DNA of 64,000 nt from Candidatus Fervidifonticultor secundus (GTDB lineage: Bacteria; Sysuimicrobiota; Sysuimicrobiia; Sysuimicrobiales; Humicultoraceae). Positions within the stretch are counted from its first letter, which is position 1. Every line of letters begins with the position of its first letter. Both the position numbers and the translations under genes were made by a program. Shown here in pieces: positions 1 to 9,756 of the stretch. Below the pieces are notes generated by a model. That model was not told the origin of the DNA, searched no databases, and saw only the letters and a list, made by a program, of their open reading frames with translations. The DNA lies in the NCBI GenBank assembly GCA_031459385.1, contig JAVKIP010000013.1, positions 19,353 to 83,352 on the forward strand, read 5' to 3'.

Positions 1-561
1 GGCATCGTCGCGGCGCACGCCCAGGTGCAGCGCCGAGGCCGCGGCATTCCACCAGTGGTTCCCGAACGTGAGCTGCGCGCCCTTGGGCCGGCCGGATGTA
101 GCCGAGGTGTAGACGATGCCCTGCACCTGCGACAGGTCGAAGCGGTCGGCGAGAGGCGCCTGGCCCTCCGGGTGTCGGGCGAGTTCCTCGATGACGACCA
201 CCCGCGGGCCTGGCGTCGCCCCTCGCGCCTGCTCCGCCGTGCGCTCCTCGCAGATCAGCCACCGTGCGCCGCTGTCTGCCAGTTGCCAGGCGAGCTCGGG
301 TGCGGCCAGGCGCGTGTTGAGGGGCACCAGCACCGCGCGCAGGCGCGCCAGGCCGAACACGACCGCCGCGTAGGCCGACCCGTTGCGCAGCAGGACCGCT
401 ACGTGGTCGCCCGCCGCCACGCCCAGACGCCGCAGCCGCAGCGCCAGGCCTGAGGCGCGGCGGTCGAGGTCCGCGAACGTGAGCCGCTCGGCGCCGGCGG
501 CCACGGCCAGGCGCCCCCCAAAGACTGCGGCGCGGTGGGCCAGCCAGTCAGGCGTCAGCAT
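1..561 (-). CDS. menE: O-succinylbenzoate-CoA ligase, N-terminal part (runs off left edge)
   Basis: Not in the ORF track. Manual translation from ATG at 561 gives MLTPDWLAHRAAVFGGRLAV...VLVPLNTRL...IVYTSATSGRPKGAQLTFGNHWWNAAASALHLG (AMP-binding loop and MenE-like TFGNHWW). Lies directly after menA. Confidence 0.9.
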   Translation of the reverse strand, partial: MLTPDWLAHRAAVFGGRLAVAAGAERLTFADLDRRASGLALRLRRLGVAAGDHVAVLLRNGSAYAAVVFGLARLRAVLVPLNTRLAAPELAWQLADSGARWLICEERTAEQARGATPGPRVVVIEELARHPEGQAPLADRFDLSQVQGIVYTSATSGRPKGAQLTFGNHWWNAAASALHLGVRRDDA

Positions 562-634
562 AGTCGCGCCGCTCCGGCCACCAGCGACCGCACGGCGGTC
601 CTCCGCGCCGTGGCGGGGCCCTCACGACGGGTTC

Positions 635-1585
635 TCACGGCAGGCTCGCGCCCAGCAGGGCGCCGTAGACCAGATGCAGCCTGGCGGTGCGCTTCAGCAC
701 CGCCACCAGTGCGGGCGCGTCGCGACGCCGCCACACCAGGTGCCCCAGGGTCAGGAACTCGGGTAGCGCCAGCCACGGCAGCCAGAACCAGCGGCCGGCC
801 AACCCGGCCTGGCGCAGCGCCAGCGGCGCGGCCACCGCCGCCAGCAACAGCACCTGGTAGAGCACGCGCGTTGGCGCCGTGCCAAGGCGTACCGCGAGCG
901 TGCGCTTGCCCGCCGCCGCGTCCGTGGCGGCATCCCGCAGGTTGTTGGCCACCAGGATCGCCGCGCACAGCAGGCCGACGGGTACCGCGGCGGCGAGCGC
1001 CACCGGGCTGATCCGTCCCAGCTGGACGAAGGCGGTGCCGGTGACCGCCACGACCCCGAAGAAGAGGAACACGAAGACCTCGCCCAGGCCGTGGTACCCG
1101 AGCGGCCAGGGCCCAGCGGTGTAGGCCACGCCCGCCAGGATCGAGAGCGCGCCAGCGACCAGTACCGGCCAGCCCCACCGCCACACGAAGGCCAGCCCCA
1201 CGAGCCCGGCCACGCCGAAGCTGGTGTAGGCACCCGCCAGGACGGTGCGCGCGGGCAGCCACCCGGCCTGGGTGACGCGCGGCGGCCCCTGGCGCGTCGG
1301 CGTATCGGCGCCTCGCAGGAAGTCGGCGGCGTCGTTGTGCAGATTCGTGCCGACCTGAATAGCGAGCGCGACGACCAGCGCGCCCAGCGCCGCCGGCAGG
1401 GCGAAGCCGCCCTCGGCCGCAGCCGCGCCGCTTCCCACTAGCACCGGCGCCACGGCCGCCGGCAGCGTCGGGATGCGGGCCGCCAGCACCCAGGCCCGCC
1501 ACAGGGACGCCGGAGCAGGCACGGTGGCGCCGCCGGCTGTGGCCGCGCCGGCGGCGGACCCGGGCGCCATCTCCCGATCCGTCAC
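635..1585 (-). CDS. menA: 1,4-dihydroxy-2-naphthoate polyprenyltransferase
   Basis: UbiA-family membrane protein: [47 protein letters not shown] overlap with the menB stop. Confidence 0.93.
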   Translation of the reverse strand: MTDREMAPGSAAGAATAGGATVPAPASLWRAWVLAARIPTLPAAVAPVLVGSGAAAAEGGFALPAALGALVVALAIQVGTNLHNDAADFLRGADTPTRQGPPRVTQAGWLPARTVLAGAYTSFGVAGLVGLAFVWRWGWPVLVAGALSILAGVAYTAGPWPLGYHGLGEVFVFLFFGVVAVTGTAFVQLGRISPVALAAAVPVGLLCAAILVANNLRDAATDAAAGKRTLAVRLGTAPTRVLYQVLLLAAVAAPLALRQAGLAGRWFWLPWLALPEFLTLGHLVWRRRDAPALVAVLKRTARLHLVYGALLGASLP

Positions 1586-2400
1586 GGATACCGCTGGAAC
1601 TTGGTGAAGTCGGGCCGGCGCTTCTGGAGGAACGCGTCGCGGCCTTCCTTCGCCTCGTCAGTCAGGTAGTACAGCAGCGTGGCATCGCCGCCCAGCTGCT
1701 GAATGCCGGCGAGCCCGTCGGTGTCGGCGTTGAACGCCGCCTTGAGCAGGCGGATGGCCAGCGGGCTCTTCTCGAGGATCTCCCGCGCCCACTGGATGCC
1801 CTCTTCCTCCAGCTGCGCCAGGGGCACGACGGCGTTGACCAGACCCATCTCCAGGGCCTGCTGCGCCGTGTACTGGCGACACAGGTACCAGATCTCGCGG
1901 GCCTTCTTGTGCCCGACGATGCGCGCCAGGTACGTGGACCCGTACCCGGCGTCGAACGAGCCGACCTTCGGCCCGGTCTGGCCGAAGATGGCGTTGTCGG
2001 CGGCGATGGTCAGGTCGCAGACGGTGGCCAGCACGTTGCCGCCGCCGATGGCGTAGCCCGCCACCAGCGCGATCACGGGCTTGGGGATCACACGGATCAG
2101 CCGCTGGAGGTCGAGCACGTTGAGGCGCGGGACTCCCTCCTGGTCGACGTAGCCGGCATCGCCGCGCACGCGCTGATCGCCGCCGGAGCAAAACGCCTCA
2201 CCTCCGGCGCCGGTGAACAGGATGACGCCCACTGTCGGATCCTCGCGCGCGTGCGCGAAGGCGTCGATCAGTTCGAAGACCGTCTGCGGGCGAAAGGCGT
2301 TGCGCACCTCGGGCCGGTTGATGGTGATCTTCGCCATCCCCTCGGCGCGCTCGTACAGGATATCCGTATAGTCGCGCACCCTCTTCCAGTCCACAGGCAT
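1582..2400 (-). CDS. menB: 1,4-dihydroxy-2-naphthoyl-CoA synthase
   Basis: Crotonase fold with MenB motifs [37 protein letters not shown]. Confidence 0.97.
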   Translation of the reverse strand: MPVDWKRVRDYTDILYERAEGMAKITINRPEVRNAFRPQTVFELIDAFAHAREDPTVGVILFTGAGGEAFCSGGDQRVRGDAGYVDQEGVPRLNVLDLQRLIRVIPKPVIALVAGYAIGGGNVLATVCDLTIAADNAIFGQTGPKVGSFDAGYGSTYLARIVGHKKAREIWYLCRQYTAQQALEMGLVNAVVPLAQLEEEGIQWAREILEKSPLAIRLLKAAFNADTDGLAGIQQLGGDATLLYYLTDEAKEGRDAFLQKRRPDFTKFQRYP

Positions 2401-2407
2401 CCTCCGG

Positions 2408-4240
2408 TCACCTCATCGACAGGCCGGCGCCGAGAGCCTCGGCCGCAGCGGCCCAGATCTCCTGATGCAGGCGAACGTTGCGGGAACGGTTGGTGCGCAC
2501 CTCGACGATCGACAGCCCCGTCCCCGCCAGGCCCGCCCGCACCTGCGCGCCGAACACGTCCCAGCCCTCGAACACCGCGTGCGCCGCGCCGTACAACGCG
2601 GCCGCGTGGCGGAACTCCAGCCCGTGCGGCATGCCGAAGAGCGTCTCGAAGTAGGCGGGATACGCCGCCTGGGGCATGAAGTTGAAGATCCCGCCGCCGT
2701 CGTTGTTCAGCAGCACGATCGTCGCTGCCACGCGGTGCAGTCTGGCCGCCAGCAGGCCGTTCATGTCGTGATAGAACGCCAGGTCGCCCAGCACCGCCAC
2801 GACCGGCCCGACGGCCGCGGCGGCCGCGCCCAGCGCGGTCGACACGAGGCCGTCGATGCCGCTGGCACCGCGGTTGCCCAGCACACGCAGGCGCGTGGCG
2901 ACTGACGGCAGAAACGTATCGGCATCGCGCACGGGCATGCTGTTGCCGACCACGAGCAGCGCCCCCTCAGGCAGGAGCGCGGCCAGCTCGGCGAACACCC
3001 TGCCCTCGAACGGCTCGGTGATCTCCTGCAAGCGGCGCTGAGCAGCCTGGCGCGCGGCGCGATCCAGGTCCAGCCAGCGGTCCGCCCACGCCACCTGTGC
3101 CGGGGCCGGCCGGTGGCCGGCCAGGGCCGCCGTCAGCGCGTCGCACAGCAGGTGCGGGTCGGCTGCCACCACCTGGGCCGCCGCCCGCAGCGGATCGCTC
3201 CACCGCGCACCGTCGGCCACGATCTGCCGGGCCCGGCCGTGGCGCGCTAGGTACTGCTGGAGCGGCCGCGACGCCGGCAGAGCGCCGAAGCGCACGACGA
3301 CATCGGGCGCCAGGGCGGCCGCGGCACCCTCGGCGCGCAGCACGAGGTCGTAGGCGTCCACCACGAGGCTGCGGTCGTGGGGACCGCACCGGACGCCGGA
3401 CAGCGGGTCGGCCAGCACCGGGAAGCGCACGGCGGATGCCAGCCGGCTCACCGCGCCGGCGAACGCCGGGTCGTCCTGAGGCCCGCAGACGATCAGCCCG
3501 CGCCGCGCCGCACCCAGCGCCGCCACCAGCGCCTCCACGGTCTCCCCATCCGGCGCACGCACACCGTGCGCTGTGGCCGTGTAGGGCTGCCCGTCCGGTC
3601 GGCCAGCCCACGCCGGTCCGGCGCGGTCCTCGTCCGGCGGCAGTTCTGCGGGTGAGGGGACGGGCACGAGCGGCTCGCGGAAGGGGAAGTTAAGGTGCAC
3701 CGGGCCCGCAGGGGCCTCCACCGCCTGGAACACCGCCTGGGCCGCCAGCTGGCGCGCGTAGCCCAGCATGCTCTCGCTGGCCGCCGGCGGTGCCATGTCT
3801 GCAAACCACTTGACGTGCACCCCGAAGAGCCGGATCTGGTCGATCGTCTGGTTGGCCCCGGCGTCGCGCAACTCGTGCGGACGGTCGGCAGTCAGCACCA
3901 CCAGGGGCACGCGGCCGAAGCGCGCTTCCACCACCGCCGGCAAGAAGTTGGCCGCCGCGGTCCCGGACGTGGACAGTACCGCCACCGGCGCGCGCAGGAC
4001 CCGGGCGAGGCCCAGCGCGAAGAACGCGGCCGCGCGCTCGTCGATGTGGGTCCAGACCTTCAGTCCTGCCTGCCGGGCCGATGCGATCGCCAGCGGGGTC
4101 GAGCGCGAACCCGGACACAGGCACAGGTGGCCCACGCCGGCCCGGACCAGCTCGTCGACGAACGCGCCGACGAAGGCGTAGGTGGCGTTCTCGGGCCCGG
4201 CGGATGGCGGTCCCGCCGCGCGGGCCTTACCAGCACCCAC
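2408..4240 (-). CDS. menD: SEPHCHC synthase (TPP-dependent)
   Basis: [65 protein letters not shown]. Start uncertain (GTG 4240 or ATG 4258). Confidence 0.96.
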   Translation of the reverse strand: MGAGKARAAGPPSAGPENATYAFVGAFVDELVRAGVGHLCLCPGSRSTPLAIASARQAGLKVWTHIDERAAAFFALGLARVLRAPVAVLSTSGTAAANFLPAVVEARFGRVPLVVLTADRPHELRDAGANQTIDQIRLFGVHVKWFADMAPPAASESMLGYARQLAAQAVFQAVEAPAGPVHLNFPFREPLVPVPSPAELPPDEDRAGPAWAGRPDGQPYTATAHGVRAPDGETVEALVAALGAARRGLIVCGPQDDPAFAGAVSRLASAVRFPVLADPLSGVRCGPHDRSLVVDAYDLVLRAEGAAAALAPDVVVRFGALPASRPLQQYLARHGRARQIVADGARWSDPLRAAAQVVAADPHLLCDALTAALAGHRPAPAQVAWADRWLDLDRAARQAAQRRLQEITEPFEGRVFAELAALLPEGALLVVGNSMPVRDADTFLPSVATRLRVLGNRGASGIDGLVSTALGAAAAAVGPVVAVLGDLAFYHDMNGLLAARLHRVAATIVLLNNDGGGIFNFMPQAAYPAYFETLFGMPHGLEFRHAAALYGAAHAVFEGWDVFGAQVRAGLAGTGLSIVEVRTNRSRNVRLHQEIWAAAAEALGAGLSMR

Positions 4241-5699
4241 GGAGCGCGCCGGGCACATCCAACGCCTCGGCCAGCGGGCGCAGCTTCAGGCACGACTCCA
4301 CGTACTCGGCCTGCGGATCGGAGTCGGCGACGATGCCGCACCCCGCGAACAGCGTGGCCTGCCAGCCGTGCACCAGGGCGGACCGAATGGCCACCGACAG
4401 CTCCCCGTCGCCAGCGGCGTCCAGCCACCCGATGACACCCGCGTACCAGCCGCGCTCAAACCCCTCGTGGCGGGCGATCCACGCCATGGCCGCGTCCTGC
4501 GGGACGCCGCCCACGGCCGGCGTGGGGTGCAGACGGCCGGCCAGGTCCAGCAACGCCAGCGGGTCGCGCAGGCGCCCCTGTACCGGCGTGTACAGGTGCT
4601 GCACGTTGGAGACGCGCACGAGCACCGGTGCTGCAGCGGTTACCACATCGTCGCACGCCGTCACCATCGCCTCGCGGACCGCCTCGACCACCAGCCCGTG
4701 CTCGACACGGTTCTTGGCGCTGGCCAGCAGCGCCTCGCCCAGGCGACAATCCTCCTCCGCCGTCGCGCCACGAGGCGCCGAGCCGGCCAGGGCGCCGGTC
4801 TGCACCATCCCAGCGCGCACGCGCAGCAGGCGCTCGGGTGTCGCGCCCAGGAAGTACTGTCCGTCGCGGGCCACTGCAAACAGCGCACACTGCGGATAGG
4901 CGGCTCGCAGGCGCTGCAGGGCCGTCCGGGGGGAGGTCCTTATCCCCGCGACGCTCACCGCGCGCGCCAGCACCACTTTGCGCAGCGCGCCGCCACGCAC
5001 GGCCGCTGCGGCCTCGGCCACGAGCGCCTTCCAGCGCCCCGTGGAGGGGATCTCCTCTGCCGGCGCCGCAGCCGACCTCGGGCGCCACACCGGATCCGGT
5101 GTGGCGCCCGCAGGCCCGGGACAGTCGGGCTCGTCCTCCGGCTCCAGCAGCGCGGCCAAATGCCTCACATCCCCTGCAGGGGCATCGGCACCGGCCGGCA
5201 CCGTAGCGCTGAGCACCGCCTCCACGCCGGCGCCGGTGGTACGCACCGCAAGCGCCGGCACCACCAACCAGCCAGCCGGCCACGCGCCCCATACAGACCG
5301 GGGATCCACGGTAGACGCAAAGGCACATCCGACCAACGCCACCGGACCGACCCCGCGGCCGGTTCCCACCGCCTCGGCTGCACATCGGTGCCAGGCGTCG
5401 TGCAGCGCGCCAAATCGCGTCGGGCCCTCCGCACGGGCCTCCCAGGCGGCCCCGATCCCGACGACGCTTTCCCCATCGGCCGGCCGTACCCACAGCACCC
5501 TGGGCGTGCCCAACCGCCCCGCCCGCGTGAAGAGCGCCACCGGATCGACCGCAGGGATGGCGGCCGATGCCCATACCACCACCGGACGGCCCAGGCGCGC
5601 AGCCGCCTGCCGCCCCGCCGCCGCAGCAACCCGGAAATGGTCGACCAGCATGGCTGCCGGACCCTCGAGGCGCGAGGCACTGCGTAGGAGCCGCGTCAC
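4227..5699 (-). CDS. menF: isochorismate synthase
   Basis: Chorismate-binding motifs KVVLAR, GATPERL, LAGS, KNRVEH, VQHL, LHPTPAVGG, ERGWYAG, IRSA, FAGCGIVADS. Start overlaps the tetR stop (GTGA). Confidence 0.93.
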   Translation of the reverse strand: MTRLLRSASRLEGPAAMLVDHFRVAAAAGRQAAARLGRPVVVWASAAIPAVDPVALFTRAGRLGTPRVLWVRPADGESVVGIGAAWEARAEGPTRFGALHDAWHRCAAEAVGTGRGVGPVALVGCAFASTVDPRSVWGAWPAGWLVVPALAVRTTGAGVEAVLSATVPAGADAPAGDVRHLAALLEPEDEPDCPGPAGATPDPVWRPRSAAAPAEEIPSTGRWKALVAEAAAAVRGGALRKVVLARAVSVAGIRTSPRTALQRLRAAYPQCALFAVARDGQYFLGATPERLLRVRAGMVQTGALAGSAPRGATAEEDCRLGEALLASAKNRVEHGLVVEAVREAMVTACDDVVTAAAPVLVRVSNVQHLYTPVQGRLRDPLALLDLAGRLHPTPAVGGVPQDAAMAWIARHEGFERGWYAGVIGWLDAAGDGELSVAIRSALVHGWQATLFAGCGIVADSDPQAEYVESCLKLRPLAEALDVPGALRGCW

Positions 5700-6316
5700 C
5701 GCTCGTCCCCACGGGCTGCGGCGCCGATACTGCGCAGCAGCACGGTGCGCAGCCCTGGCAGCAGCGCCTGCAGATCGCCGCCAGCAGCCAGCTCTTGCGT
5801 GAGCACCTCGTTGATGGCGCCGATCCAGGCCCTGGCTGCGGTCTGCGTGTCCTGCGCGGGAATGCTGCCTTCTGCCACTGCCCGGTCGAGGTGGCGCTGG
5901 ATCAGCGCGGCGAAGCGCCGGTGGATGCCAAGCCGGCTCTCCTCGAACTCCGGCCCCAGCGCCGCCGCCTCAATCAGCAGGATCCGTGCCAGCTCGTGGT
6001 GTGCGCCGGCCACCTCCAGCACCACCCGGAGGGCTGCTTCGACTTTGGCCAGAGCGCCGTGCTCCTGCGCGATCGCTGCCTCAACGCCCGCTTCCACGAT
6101 GCCGGCCAGGCGATCCAGCAGCCGGAGAAAGATCCCCTGTTTGCTGGGGAAATGGTGGTAGAACGCCCCTTTGGAGGTCCCGGACGCCGCCACGATATCG
6201 TCTACGGTAGTACCGTGGTATCCTCTGGCGGCGAACACGTCGAGGGCTGCCTGGAGCAGGCGCTCCCGCGTCGTCATCTCGCCCGGGTCACCTCGCGCTG
6301 TGCGCGTGGCCGTCAA
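5696..6316 (-). CDS. TetR/AcrR family transcriptional regulator
   Basis: HTH TRERLLQAALDVFAARGYHGTTVDDIVAASGTSKGAFYHHFPSK. AAGGAGGAG RBS before a TTG start. Confidence 0.95.
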   Translation of the reverse strand: MTATRTARGDPGEMTTRERLLQAALDVFAARGYHGTTVDDIVAASGTSKGAFYHHFPSKQGIFLRLLDRLAGIVEAGVEAAIAQEHGALAKVEAALRVVLEVAGAHHELARILLIEAAALGPEFEESRLGIHRRFAALIQRHLDRAVAEGSIPAQDTQTAARAWIGAINEVLTQELAAGGDLQALLPGLRTVLLRSIGAAARGDER

Positions 6317-6397
6317 ATCCGCCGCTCCTCCTTCCGTCGCAGGAGAACTATCAAAACATGATTAATAACGAAACATACATAGCTGCCAGTTCAGGCC

Positions 6398-6419
6398 ATA
6401 GACCGACGCGTCGGTCTAT
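6398..6419. promoter_or_regulatory. perfect 22-bp palindrome, candidate TetR operator
   Basis: ATAGACCGACGCGTCGGTCTAT is its own reverse complement and lies just downstream of the predicted tetR-men promoter. Confidence 0.75.
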
Positions 6420-6428
6420 CGCGATCCG

Positions 6429-6457
6429 ACAGTACCAAAAGGGCGAAGTGTGCGCAA
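6429..6457 (-). promoter_or_regulatory. sigma70-type promoter of the tetR-men operon
   Basis: Minus strand TTGCGC (6457-6452), 17 bp, TACTGT (6434-6429), with a TG extended -10. Confidence 0.55.
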
Positions 6458-6517
6458 GCCGGCAGGCATCCGAGATGCGGACGGCCAAGAAGACACCGAC
6501 CTCAGGCGGAGGGGTCC

Positions 6518-7843
6518 ATGCGCCCTTCAAGGTCCACATCTCCCGGTCACGAGGGGAGGCCGTGGGCACACCGCGTCGCGACTGCCTATGCCGCCGAGGT
6601 GCGGGCGGTGCAGACCCTCTACCTGGTCACCCTGCTGCTGGTAGGCGGAGCCTTCCTGCTGGTAGTGCGGCCCTGGCTGCACCTGACGCGGTCGGTACAG
6701 GCGATGGAGGCGACCCTGGCTGCCGTCGAGGATCGCCGCCGGCAGGCCGCCGTAGAGCAGAAACTGGCGCATGGCGCCGCGGAAGCCCTGGCCGCAGCCC
6801 AGCGCGAGATCGCCGAAGGCCAGGCGGCGCTGCGCCGCAAGATCGAGCGCCTGGTAGACCAGGGGCAAGCAGCGGACCCTCAGGACCGCTACGGGGCCCT
6901 GGTCACGCTCCGTCCGGACGCAGGTGGGTCGGGCAACGGCGACCGCATGCCGGTGCGGGAAGCGGTGCGTCGGGAGATCGGGCGCCATGCAGAGGGCGTG
7001 GCGCTGGCCGCGGAGCAGGCCCTGGCAGCGATCCTGACGCGGAGCGACCTGTCGCCGATGCTGCGCACCGTGCTGGAGGAAGCGCAGACCGTCGTAGGTC
7101 GGGAGTCTGTGGCACTGAACGAGGCGCTGGGCGCAACCTTTGCCCGCGATCCGGAGTTCTGGCGGCGCTGGCCAGACGGGCCCGTACCGTATGCTGGCGT
7201 CTCACCTCAGGTCGATGCCGTGGCTCGCCGCATCGACGCCGCACTGCGCACCGCGCAGCGGCGCCTGGCTCGGGCGGCGGCGGCAGCAGCCAACCTCGAG
7301 CGCCAGCAGCGAGAGCGGCACGACGCCCTGCGCGCCCGCCGCGACCAGCTGGCTGCGCAGCTACGCGCCCTGCAGGAGGGCACGCCGTGGGCGCCGCTGG
7401 GCGCTCACGACGCCGCGCGGCTTTACCCCCTGCTGGCCGGGATGCTGACGGTCACGCTCTACTACCGCCTGCGGCGAGCTGTAGCCCTGCGCGCTGCCCT
7501 GGACGGCGTGGACCCCGATCTCCTGGCACCATCGTGGCTTCTGGGTGGGGGCAGGATGCCGGGGCGGTGGTGGACGGCGGTTTTGCTGAGTGCACCGCTG
7601 GCGCTCGTCGTGTACGCTGCTGCCCTGCTTCTCGCCGACCCGGCCGGCTTCGCCGCACCGGAGGGTGAGCCCAGTCCGATCGTGAGGCTCGGCTACGGCG
7701 CGCTCTATGGGGCACTCAGCGTGGCAGGCGCGGTGCAGTGGGTGGCGGTCGTGCGCAAGGGGGGCGAGGGCACGTGGGGGGAAGGCACCGCCCGGCCCCC
7801 CGACCCCGGTCAGGCGCCCAACGCTGCCAGCAGGGCGTCATGA
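6518..7843 (+). CDS. hypothetical membrane protein (N-terminal TM, long coiled-coil region, about 3 C-terminal TMs)
   Basis: 441-aa ORF with GGAGGGG RBS. Hydrophobic segments flank an Ala/Arg/Glu/Gln-rich helical region. Confidence 0.7.
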   Translation: MRPSRSTSPGHEGRPWAHRVATAYAAEVRAVQTLYLVTLLLVGGAFLLVVRPWLHLTRSVQAMEATLAAVEDRRRQAAVEQKLAHGAAEALAAAQREIAEGQAALRRKIERLVDQGQAADPQDRYGALVTLRPDAGGSGNGDRMPVREAVRREIGRHAEGVALAAEQALAAILTRSDLSPMLRTVLEEAQTVVGRESVALNEALGATFARDPEFWRRWPDGPVPYAGVSPQVDAVARRIDAALRTAQRRLARAAAAAANLERQQRERHDALRARRDQLAAQLRALQEGTPWAPLGAHDAARLYPLLAGMLTVTLYYRLRRAVALRAALDGVDPDLLAPSWLLGGGRMPGRWWTAVLLSAPLALVVYAAALLLADPAGFAAPEGEPSPIVRLGYGALYGALSVAGAVQWVAVVRKGGEGTWGEGTARPPDPGQAPNAASRAS

Positions 7844-8664
7844 ATCCGGCCGTTGGTCGCCACAACGTCGCCCCAGAGGCCCTGCAGTGGCCGTCCCGCC
7901 AGATCTGTCACCATGCCCCCGGCCTCCTCCACCAGCACAACACCCGCCGCCACGTCCCAGGCGTGCAACTGGGGCTCCCAGAACGCCTCCAGCCGCCCGG
8001 CGGCCACGTAGGCCATGTGAATCGCTGCCGCGCCCATGATGCGGACCTCCTGCGTCCGGCGCATCACTGCGGGGATGCTGGCGATGTGCCAGCTGCGGGC
8101 GGGCTCGCCCGGAAGCCCGGTGGCCACCAGCGCATCGTCCAGCGCGGCCACCTCCGACACAGCCAGGCGCACGGGTGGCTGGTCGGCGGTCAACAGGAAG
8201 GCGCCGCGGCTGCGTTCGGCCACGAAGTACTCTCCCAGCGGCGGCACCGCCACCACGCCGCCCTGCACGCGTCCTGCAACCTCCAGCCCCAGCGCGATGG
8301 CGAACCAGGGCAGTCCGTGGGCGAAGTTGGTCGTGCCGTCGACCGGATCCACGAGCCACCGCGCCCCGCCGGTCGCACCAGCGTCCGACGCAGCGCCCTG
8401 CTCCCAGCCGGTGGTCTCCTCTCCCACCAGCGCGTGGCCTGGAAAAGCCTCGCGCAACCGCCGCACGATGAGCGCTTCGGCCTCGCGGTCTGCACGGGTC
8501 ACCAGATCCGCCGGTCCTTTCAACCGCACGTCCTTGACGGCCGCCGACTCGGGAAGGATACGCATCACCAGCGCGGCGGCCTCCTGCGCGATCTCCAGGG
8601 CGGTGCGAACGGTCTCGGAAATGGTCGGGGGCACGGGCAGGGGCACGGCAGTGGGCGACGTCAT
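7810..8664 (-). CDS. inositol monophosphatase family protein (SuhB-like)
   Basis: DLVTRADREAE, GEE, WLVDPVDGTTNFAHG, WDVAAG. It is the C-terminal part of track ORF 7810..9735, with start at ATG 8664. Confidence 0.93.
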   Translation of the reverse strand: MTSPTAVPLPVPPTISETVRTALEIAQEAAALVMRILPESAAVKDVRLKGPADLVTRADREAEALIVRRLREAFPGHALVGEETTGWEQGAASDAGATGGARWLVDPVDGTTNFAHGLPWFAIALGLEVAGRVQGGVVAVPPLGEYFVAERSRGAFLLTADQPPVRLAVSEVAALDDALVATGLPGEPARSWHIASIPAVMRRTQEVRIMGAAAIHMAYVAAGRLEAFWEPQLHAWDVAAGVVLVEEAGGMVTDLAGRPLQGLWGDVVATNGRIHDALLAALGA

Positions 8665-8709
8665 GCATGAAGGTTCGACACGCCGTCGGCGGAGGGCCTG
8701 CTGAGCCGC

Positions 8710-9582
8710 GTGCAGGACGAAACGCGCCTGCGTGCCCTCGAAGCCCGCATCGACGCCCTGGAACGCCGTCTGAGCCTGGGCGGGCTGTCGGTCGAAGCCG
8801 CCCTGCGCCGGCGGGGATGGCGCGTGAGCGCCGCCTGCGCCACCGCTCACGTACTGCTGCCGCGGGGGGCCGACGCCGGCCAGCTGGATCGGTTCTACCA
8901 GGACCTCCACCGCTATCACTTCCGGCGCCTGCTGCAAGAAGTGGCCGAGCTGGGGGGGGTGAGCGGAGAGGAGGTGGCGCGCCTGGAGGCCAGGTGGGGC
9001 GCGCAGACGGTGCACCGGACGTTCGCACGACTCGCGGCTTATGGGCTGCTGGAGCGCCGCGGCCAACAGTTCGCCCTGACCGTGGCGCTCAGGACCTTCG
9101 GCGGGACGCTGGAATGGTTCGTCGCCCAGGTGCTGCAGCGCGACTTCCTGGCGCCGGCGGCGTGGGACGTGCGCATCCGCGAGATCCGGGGCGGCGGCGA
9201 CTTCGACGTCCTGGCCGTGCTGGACGGGCGCCTGGCGTACATGGAGTGCAAGGGCAGCCCGCCCTACAACGTGCCGGCGGACGCCCTGGCGGAGTTCGTG
9301 GGCCGCATCCGCCGCCTGGGCCCCGACCTGGCGGCATTGGTGCTGGACACCACGCTCCAGATCGACCGCAACATCATCGCCAACCTGCGGCCGCTCCTGG
9401 CCAGCGCACCGGGCGCAGCGCCCGAGATCGCCCGGGTGGCGGCCGGGCTGTACGAGGTGCGCGGTGGCGCGCCCCTCTTCGTCATCACCAGCCGCCGCAG
9501 CCTGGTGGCCAACCTCGGCCGCTGCCTGCGGCGCTTCCATGCGCTCACGACGCTGTCGAGAGAAGGTGGCGGTTTCCGATGA
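8710..9582 (+). CDS. hypothetical protein with putative winged-helix and PD-(D/E)xK nuclease-like domains
   Basis: GGTLEWFV...GGGDFDVLAVLDGRLAYMECK matches the E...D...ExK pattern. GGAGG RBS upstream. Confidence 0.65.
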   Translation: MQDETRLRALEARIDALERRLSLGGLSVEAALRRRGWRVSAACATAHVLLPRGADAGQLDRFYQDLHRYHFRRLLQEVAELGGVSGEEVARLEARWGAQTVHRTFARLAAYGLLERRGQQFALTVALRTFGGTLEWFVAQVLQRDFLAPAAWDVRIREIRGGGDFDVLAVLDGRLAYMECKGSPPYNVPADALAEFVGRIRRLGPDLAALVLDTTLQIDRNIIANLRPLLASAPGAAPEIARVAAGLYEVRGGAPLFVITSRRSLVANLGRCLRRFHALTTLSREGGGFR

Positions 9583-9756
9583 AGACGCGGGTGAGCCCGG
9601 CTGCCCACGCGGCTGCCTCGGCCTCGTGGGCGTGGCCGACGGACGTGCAGGGCAGGTCGGGCAGGAAGAAGTTGGCGGCGGGGTCACCTGATCGCGGCAG
9701 GCCCCCTGGCCCCTGGGCCCGACCTCGTCGGGCAACGCACGTGTGAGCTGGGACGT

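Noticed and set aside
6351..6380. Nine-codon uORF MYVSLLIMF in the tetR leader (minus strand)
   Set aside because: No SD sequence, no attenuator hairpins, and no amino-acid bias related to the pathway.
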